From assembly GCA_963726455.1 (NCBI GenBank), contig CAVSCK010000003.1, positions 480,001 through 544,000 of the forward strand: a stretch of DNA of 64,000 nucleotides. Reading direction: 5' to 3'. Below, piece after piece: positions 57,933 to 64,000 of this stretch (positions are counted from its first letter, which is position 1; each line of letters begins with the position of its first letter). The stretch comes from an uncultured bacterium (GTDB lineage: Bacteria > Zixibacteria > MSB-5A5 > CAIYYT01). The notes beneath the pieces were generated by a model, which saw only the letters and a list, made by a program, of their open reading frames with translations, was not told the origin of the DNA and made no database searches. The translations under genes were made by a program, and so were the position numbers.

Positions 57933-59201
57933 CTAGCCCGTCGAGAACATCTCACGCAGCACTTTTTCAACCCAAACCATGGAACCCCATCCCCAGGCGC
58001 TGGCAATAGTTGTGGCAATCACGCCGACCAATATCACGATCATGGCAATGGCTTTGCCGACATCCTGCCCTTTGAGCGAGCCCATTTGGCGCGGTTCTTC
58101 CGAAAGATAAGCCGATGCGGCAAACAGTTCTTCGCCGATCAATGTGTAATCACAGGCAGCGACAAAGAAAGGCAACTGCGCTGGCATGGCGGTTCCGGCG
58201 ATTTGAATCGCACCTATTGAGTTACCGGTTTCGGCCATAATCAGCGATTCGGCGAAAAACGCCCCCAGGAAGAAACAGGCCGCGGGTTTTTCGCGTACCA
58301 TGATGCCGTCAACGGCCGCAACAAATCCGAACTGCTCGTCGGTGACATAATGAACCATGTCATCGTTATAGGCATCCGGCCGACCGGCAGTCACATAGGC
58401 CTGCTTGATCGTCTCGCGCGCGGCAGTCATCACCAGCGACGCACGCACCGGCATATTGATCTTGGTGTCGTACTCCGCCACGGTGCGGGCGATTCTTCCC
58501 AGAATCGTCAGTCCCGCAATCGTCTGCACATCGTCCATATCCTGAATACCGGCAACGAAGAGAATCGGGCGCCCCATCTCGGTTGCGCGACCGACGGCTT
58601 CATCAATGGCCTCCAAGCCGGCGATGCGGCGCAGAAATAATTTTGTGCCTCGCTTAGCGCTTTCGATAAACAGAATCACCGCGCCGCAGAAAATGACGCC
58701 GATGATCAACACCCAGGCCAACCGCGTATCGAACCACTGCTTCTCAGATTGAGCGGGCGCCGAAGGTTCGGAGGTTACCTTGTTGTTGTTGACCAGGGCG
58801 GCAACAGTGTAAGTATAGCTGCTGTCATCGGATGTATTTCTATCTTCGTAGGAACGGGTCGCAAATGGAGCAACGTCGATCGAGTCGATCTTATTGGAGA
58901 TGACGTTCGTGCGCCGGATTTCGAAGCCCCGGAAATTGTCGAGCTTTTCGTAACCGGGATCCTTCCATTCGACAGTGATCGAACCACCGGCATCGTTGTC
59001 GGTATCGAAGGCCTTGACAGTTACGGCGCCTAGATTGGGAATGGTCTGAACGGGCGTTGACGGCAGCAACGGCTTAAGTGTGTCACTCGTCGGCGTCGCA
59101 CTTTCGACCGCGAGTAGACAACCACTCAAAGAAATGAATAGTACCGTAACCAGGAGAAATATGAGGGCATCAAGCTTCGCAATGCGAAGGGGTGCTGTCA
59201 T
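57933..59201 (-). CDS. Cassette 2 subunit A (FN3 + DUF6754-like)
   Basis: DTDNDAG FN3; RRIAGLEAIDEAVGRATEMG; PFFVAACDYTLIGEELFAASAYL. Confidence 0.85.
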   Translation of the reverse strand: MTAPLRIAKLDALIFLLVTVLFISLSGCLLAVESATPTSDTLKPLLPSTPVQTIPNLGAVTVKAFDTDNDAGGSITVEWKDPGYEKLDNFRGFEIRRTNVISNKIDSIDVAPFATRSYEDRNTSDDSSYTYTVAALVNNNKVTSEPSAPAQSEKQWFDTRLAWVLIIGVIFCGAVILFIESAKRGTKLFLRRIAGLEAIDEAVGRATEMGRPILFVAGIQDMDDVQTIAGLTILGRIARTVAEYDTKINMPVRASLVMTAARETIKQAYVTAGRPDAYNDDMVHYVTDEQFGFVAAVDGIMVREKPAACFFLGAFFAESLIMAETGNSIGAIQIAGTAMPAQLPFFVAACDYTLIGEELFAASAYLSEEPRQMGSLKGQDVGKAIAMIVILVGVIATTIASAWGWGSMVWVEKVLREMFSTG

Positions 59202-59207
59202 AAAATG

Positions 59208-59864
59208 CTATTTAACCAGTTTCAGCCAGTCGGTGAGCAAGAAATCAATTCGTCCCAACAGGAGCGACATACGGCTCATGACCGTGTATCCGAATGACGC
59301 GCCGAAGGTGATCATCAAGAACCAAGTGCCGACTTTGGCGGCTCCGCCAAAAAGGCCCTTGTGCTCTTTCGAGAAGTAGAAATAGATAAGACCCGTGATC
59401 GTACCGATTACAATCACAAATCGTCCAATAATTTCGTAGCTGTTCCCCGACGCGACTGCTGCGACCGTGTCGACGACCGTCCCGTGGACCTGAGCCACGG
59501 CATTGGTTGAGAAGTAGGTCATCATTCTCAAACCGACCGTGGCACCGACGATGAACGCCAGCGGCCAGCGCGCAATCCAGCCCGCCTTGCCGATAAGGCG
59601 AGTGAGAAGCATTACGCCGAGGATGATACCGCCAATAAACCAATAATCCGGGTCAGGGAGACCCTGAGCGTCTAGATGATTAATACCACTGACGATCGGT
59701 CGATACAGACTATCCCAGAAATAAGTAATGAACCAGAATCCGGCAGAAATTCCGATGAATATCGCCTCGGAGACCTTATAGAAAATATTGTCCCGATACA
59801 GGAATGAGACAATTCCGAGGGTCAAGAGAGCAGCGAGCCAGATGCCAATCAATGTGCTGTCCAT
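59208..59864 (-). CDS. Cassette 1 subunit D (true start MDSTL at 59864; the ORF-track fusion is an artefact)
   Basis: SFLYRDNIFYKVSE and YFYFSKEHKG...MITFGASFGYTVMSRMSLL; GAAGGG RBS. Confidence 0.85.
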   Translation of the reverse strand: MDSTLIGIWLAALLTLGIVSFLYRDNIFYKVSEAIFIGISAGFWFITYFWDSLYRPIVSGINHLDAQGLPDPDYWFIGGIILGVMLLTRLIGKAGWIARWPLAFIVGATVGLRMMTYFSTNAVAQVHGTVVDTVAAVASGNSYEIIGRFVIVIGTITGLIYFYFSKEHKGLFGGAAKVGTWFLMITFGASFGYTVMSRMSLLLGRIDFLLTDWLKLVK

Positions 59865-59875
59865 CGGATTCCCTT

Positions 59876-60860
59876 CTATTCCCTTACTTCCTTGCGTTTG
59901 CCAAGGAAGAGTGCCACGTTGCCGATGATAATAAAGGCAATCACTACGATATGAGAAAAGGACTGGGCGAGTATGTAAGTTGTTGCTTTCGCCTATCTCG
60001 CCGGTTGCCATTTCAAATTCGGCTGCGCCCGTCATACCACCCGCGAGCCCTTTTAGTTTTCCTGAACTCAGGTAGGGATACACCGACGGCGCTTGAACAG
60101 CGGTGTTGCCGGCGCCAAGATCCTTGCCAAAACGATCGACGGCAATCTGCACCCATTCGACAGTGCCCGGATAGCCGGCGGAGAAATTGATTACGTAATC
60201 AATGTTGCTGAAATTTTCTACTCCTTTGAGCAAAGGAATGCTGTCATACAGAGTGTTGTAAATGTCACGCGGGAAAGGATCGCGGAATGATCTCCCCATA
60301 CGCTGAACCAGAAATTCGTTGCCCGATTGGAATCCGAGATTGACGTAATCAGTCCCGTACTTCAGATTCATCTTCTTTACTTCCGGTTCCTCCAGGGCTC
60401 TGACCACCGACATATTGGCCTGCTGAGGTCCCTGAGGCCACAAACCCATGATAATAACCTTCAGGCCATGCTTGAACGCGTATTTCATAAATGCATCAGC
60501 CATCGGTTGCAGTTCCGGCGCTGAAGGGGGATCATAATCAAATGCCGCCAAGACTTTCGAACCGGGCTCGAGCTTGGTAATCGCGTCGTAAAGCAATTGA
60601 ACTTCGGGAGAAATCTTCACCGGCGGGCGGAAACTCATGAAGAATGGAAGTGTCAGTGAAACGGCGATAAAGACAAACACTGTGCGCCTGCCAACCGGTC
60701 TACCTATGATAGTCAGTATGAGCATGCCGACAAGGGCAAGGAACAACAAGACCGTTACGACAACTGAAACGGATGATGAGAAAGAAAGGGGCTTGGGGAG
60801 CACGATAATCAAGATCAGTAATCCAAGCAGCACGAACCAAGGGGTATACTTCTTCATCAT
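59876..60860 (-). pseudogene. Cassette 1 subunit C, frameshifted near 59990 (likely sequencing error)
   Basis: DYDP..ELQP, DYVNLGF, YPY and GLAGGMTGAAEFE. Removing one base near 59990 gives KATTYILAQSFSHIVVIAFIIIGNVALFLGKRKEVRE*, matching the C2/C3 C-termini. Confidence 0.85.
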
Positions 60861-61531
60861 CAGCCTTCCAGATGTGACCTTTCAATACCGAGCATGATTC
60901 GGAGCGCCGTCGATGCCGTGCCAAGAGCAATGCCTATCATGACTGCGCGCTGCCCTGCGGTCTGGGGAAATGCCATCAGCCAATTAGAGAGATCGGAGAG
61001 TCGATAACCCTCTGGCATGAATCCCGTTAGTAAGTCACCGACAGGCACCCTGCCTATCATCACAAAGAAAGCCGCAAGCAACAGCAGTGTCGCTTGCAGG
61101 TTCCGGGCTCGGAAAGCTCGATAAGAAGCCGAAGCCACGAAGAACGCCAAGATCGCGAACATCGTTGACGAAAGCGGCGTATAGACGTATTGATACATCC
61201 AGTCAAAATGGGTTCCTGGATCGCGGAATGAGCCGGGCGGATTCATCCCCAGACCTTTGAAGCCGTCATAGGCGCCGACGGCAACCATAATAAGGAAACA
61301 AACGATAATTATGAGTGAGATCGGCCAATCCTTCGCCTTTCGGGAGATATTGAACAACTGAATCTTCAAGAGACTGAGTGCCCCTAACCAAACAGCGAAC
61401 GCGCCTGCCATGGCGAACCAGAGATTGAAAATCTGTTCTGATCGGCTGAAGGGATCATGAGGGATAAAATATGAAACAAGGAATACGAGTCCGGCGACGA
61501 ATGTGATGATTAAGGGTACTTCGCGTTTCAT
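60860..61531 (-). CDS. Cassette 1 subunit B
   Basis: MKREVPL and FAILAFFVASASYRAFRARN...PQTAGQRAVMIG...LGIERSHL. Confidence 0.85.
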   Translation of the reverse strand: MKREVPLIITFVAGLVFLVSYFIPHDPFSRSEQIFNLWFAMAGAFAVWLGALSLLKIQLFNISRKAKDWPISLIIIVCFLIMVAVGAYDGFKGLGMNPPGSFRDPGTHFDWMYQYVYTPLSSTMFAILAFFVASASYRAFRARNLQATLLLLAAFFVMIGRVPVGDLLTGFMPEGYRLSDLSNWLMAFPQTAGQRAVMIGIALGTASTALRIMLGIERSHLEG

Positions 61532-61549
61532 ATCTATAAACTCAATTGA

Positions 61550-62767
61550 CTAACTTATCTTCAAGAGTAAATCTGCCAGATTGATATTGAATATCGCCAG
61601 AATAAGCAGCACTACAATCGCCAGCATGAAAAGGCCCTTCGCAAAGTCCTGTCCCTTAAGCGAACCCAAGAGTCGAGGTTCTCTCTCGAGATAGGCGCTT
61701 GCCGCAAACAGCTCTTCTCCAATCAGTGTGTAATCGCAAGCAGCCACAAAGAACGGAATCTGCGCCGGCTGGTTGGTACCGGCAATCTGAATAGCACCGG
61801 CTTCGTTTCCGGTCTCTACCAAAATCAGTGACTCAGCAAAGAACCCCCCCAGATAGAACATGGTAGCCGGTTTCTGGCGCATGACCATGCCGTCGATCGC
61901 CGCCGCATACCCAAACTGGTCATCGGTGACGTAGTGCACCATGTCTTCCTTGAAGGCATCAGGCTTGCCGACTTTGCTGTAGGCTTCTCTGACCGCCTCT
62001 TTGGCCGTCATCATCACGAGTGACTTGGATACAGGTACGTCGAGCTGAGTTTCGTTCTGAGCACAGATACGCGCAACGCGACCCAGGATCGTGATGGCAG
62101 CAATAGTGGCAACGTCATCCAAGTCCTGAATGCCCGGGACGAAAAAGACCTTGCGACCCATTTCCGTCGCCCGGCCGATGGCATCGTCTACAGCATCAAT
62201 GCCGGCGATTTTGCGGACATAGAGCTCTTTGCCGGACTTGGCCTGATAGATATAAAACAAAATCGCAATGGAGACCACGATCGTCCAAATCAAGATGTTC
62301 ATCCGGCGCATATTGAACCACTGCGCGATTGGCTTCACCGGCCCAACTGTCTCCGATTCACTCCTGCCCGCCACCACGGTACTGTCTGCCTTGTTCAGGT
62401 CACTGACCGCAGCAATCCTGTAATAATAACTCGAATCCATGGTTACGTTGTTATCAGTAAATGCGTTTTGCCCTTTCGTGGTCTCACCGACGACTACGAA
62501 CGGTCCGCCTGTCGATGTTGAACGCAGGACCTGATATTTGGTCACTAATCGCTGATCATCCGCCGAAAGCTGCCAACTGACGTCCAGAGCCGAGCCATTG
62601 TCATTCGGCGTGTCTTCGGCAACGACGTTGGTTGGTGGCGCCGGATTCTCAGTTGTGACTTGAACGGATTTAGCTGAATCGACAGGAGTATTTGTCTGAG
62701 AGAAGATCGGGGTGCAGAGCAGGAGAATTACTGCGATCAAGAAGACGGATATTCTGAGACGCCGCAT
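61550..62767 (-). CDS. Cassette 1 subunit A (FN3 + DUF6754-like)
   Basis: DTPNDNG FN3; RKIAGIDAVDDAIGRATEMG; PFFVAACDYTLIGEELFAASAYL. Confidence 0.85.
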   Translation of the reverse strand: MRRLRISVFLIAVILLLCTPIFSQTNTPVDSAKSVQVTTENPAPPTNVVAEDTPNDNGSALDVSWQLSADDQRLVTKYQVLRSTSTGGPFVVVGETTKGQNAFTDNNVTMDSSYYYRIAAVSDLNKADSTVVAGRSESETVGPVKPIAQWFNMRRMNILIWTIVVSIAILFYIYQAKSGKELYVRKIAGIDAVDDAIGRATEMGRKVFFVPGIQDLDDVATIAAITILGRVARICAQNETQLDVPVSKSLVMMTAKEAVREAYSKVGKPDAFKEDMVHYVTDDQFGYAAAIDGMVMRQKPATMFYLGGFFAESLILVETGNEAGAIQIAGTNQPAQIPFFVAACDYTLIGEELFAASAYLEREPRLLGSLKGQDFAKGLFMLAIVVLLILAIFNINLADLLLKIS

Positions 62768-62890
62768 TGTTCTCCCAACTTAGGCCACCAATACAACCGA
62801 TTGTGCGCACAGGCACTGTCTATAAGACGGTTTCCGCTGCCGATTTGTGCATTCGGCCGGCTGCCTCGGTGGGCCACTCCGAATTGGCGC

Positions 62891-62919
62891 AAATTAGCCA
62901 AGGTCGAGTCTGGTGTCAA
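62891..62919 (-). promoter_or_regulatory. sigma70 promoter of the 12-gene cassette array
   Basis: TTGACA-N17-TAATTT on the minus strand, about 124 nt upstream of the A1 start. Confidence 0.6.
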
Positions 62920-62951
62920 GGACAAAATGCTCTGGCGGGCCCGCCGCAACT

Positions 62952-62988
62952 AAAAGGGCGCCGCCCGAGATGGACTCTTGGCGGCGCC
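62952..62988 (-). terminator. Intrinsic terminator of mdh
   Basis: Minus strand ggcgccgccaagag...ctcgggcggcgcc followed by ctttt. Confidence 0.65.
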
Positions 62989-63033
62989 GTAGGGAGGACT
63001 GTACTTCTTGCGAAGTCTAATCTCTGATTCGGC

Positions 63034-63960
63034 CTAGTAGCCGAGTAATTTCAGATGCTCCTTGTAAGTTGCAGCCGATTTCTGCAGGGCTGACAACTCC
63101 TTCTGCTCCAGCTTCATTTCCACGATCTTCTCGACACCAGTCTGTCCGAGAACCACCGGCACGCCGATGTACATGTCATTGATGCCATACTGGCCGGTCA
63201 GGAACGCGGAGCAGGGATACAGCTTCTTCTTGTCGTTCAGCACCGAGTCGACCATTGCCACGGTAGCAGCAGCAGGTGCATAATATGCGGAACCGGTCTT
63301 TAGCAGGGCGACGATTTCACCACCGCCGTTGATCGTACGCTGACTGATCGCTTCGATCCGATCAGGAGCCATAAGTTCCGTAATCGGCACTCCAGCCGCT
63401 GTAGTGTAGCGCGGCAACGGCACCATCGTGTCGCCGTGACCACCCAGAACCATCGCCTCGGTCTCGGTCTGCGCTATTCCCAGCTCCATCCCAATGAATG
63501 TCCGGAAGCGGATCGAGTCCAGGATACCGGCCTGACCAAACACGCGATTGGCCGGAAAACCGGAGACTTTGTAGGCATGGAACGTCATCAGGTCAAGCGG
63601 ATTGGCGACCATCAGAATTATCGCGTGGGAGGCGAACTCCTTGACTTTCTGCGCCACCGAGCCAATGATCTCCGCGTTCTTGGTCAACAGATCTTCGCGC
63701 GACATTCCCGGTTTGCGAGCCAAGCCGGCGGTATGAACCACTATGTCCGAACCGCGCATATCCGCAAAGTCATTTGAACCCTTGATTGTGACATCATACC
63801 CGCGAATCGGCCCCGCCTGCATCAGGTCGAGCGCCTTCCCCTGCGGCATTCCTTCGACGACGTCGATCAACATGATGTCGCAAAGATTGCCCTCGGCCAG
63901 ATACTGTGCAACCGCTGCACCGACATTTCCGGCCCCGATTACCGTTACTTTTCTACGCAT
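63034..63960 (-). CDS. mdh: Malate dehydrogenase (LDH-like)
   Basis: GAGNVG, GKALDL, ARKPGMSREDL (Arg specificity residue), LDSIRF, LGGHGD and GGGEIV.LLKTGSAYYAP. Confidence 0.96.
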   Translation of the reverse strand: MRRKVTVIGAGNVGAAVAQYLAEGNLCDIMLIDVVEGMPQGKALDLMQAGPIRGYDVTIKGSNDFADMRGSDIVVHTAGLARKPGMSREDLLTKNAEIIGSVAQKVKEFASHAIILMVANPLDLMTFHAYKVSGFPANRVFGQAGILDSIRFRTFIGMELGIAQTETEAMVLGGHGDTMVPLPRYTTAAGVPITELMAPDRIEAISQRTINGGGEIVALLKTGSAYYAPAAATVAMVDSVLNDKKKLYPCSAFLTGQYGINDMYIGVPVVLGQTGVEKIVEMKLEQKELSALQKSAATYKEHLKLLGY

Positions 63961-64000
63961 CGTTTCACTCCTTCGTTTCTGGCACGTGCCACATCAGCTC

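Noticed and set aside
59208-60860. 550 aa ORF suggesting a natural C-D subunit fusion
   Set aside because: The linker is out-of-frame sequence. The shifted frame restores the conserved C-terminal TM and stop of subunit C, and D has its own RBS and ATG at 59864.

Overview
Bacterial chromosomal window with no rRNA, CRISPR array, integrase or transposase. The C-terminal dockerin-type 'GD.N....D..D...L..Y.F..GP.PC' domains, the kinase-TolB-TPR protein and the CHAT-TPR protein suggest a Zixibacteria-like/FCB-related organism, but that is inference. From left to right it contains: an orphan PAAR plus split-OmpA pair; a sigma54-driven 7-gene lipid-modification operon (acyl reductase, lipid kinase, CDP-transferase, CDP-alcohol phosphotransferase, methyltransferase, small membrane ORF, radical SAM-methyltransferase fusion); DUF4153, Ser/Thr kinase and permuted papain genes; dockerin proteins; a GAF sigma54 activator with a divergent lipoprotein; an HMG-CoA-lyase/CoA-transferase/LeuCD operon; a GAF-PAS-LuxR regulator; tldD/pmbA; two tandem RRM genes with a conserved structured leader; htrA; a CHAT-TPR gene inside a degenerate island at tRNA-fMet; amrB, dprA, yigZ, PAP2, heparinase II/III, pcm and ppdK; and mdh. 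The most striking feature is a roughly 10.7 kb array between mdh and ppdK: three tandem, diverged copies of an uncharacterised 4-gene membrane-complex cassette. Three genes carry single-base-insertion frameshifts that may be assembly errors.
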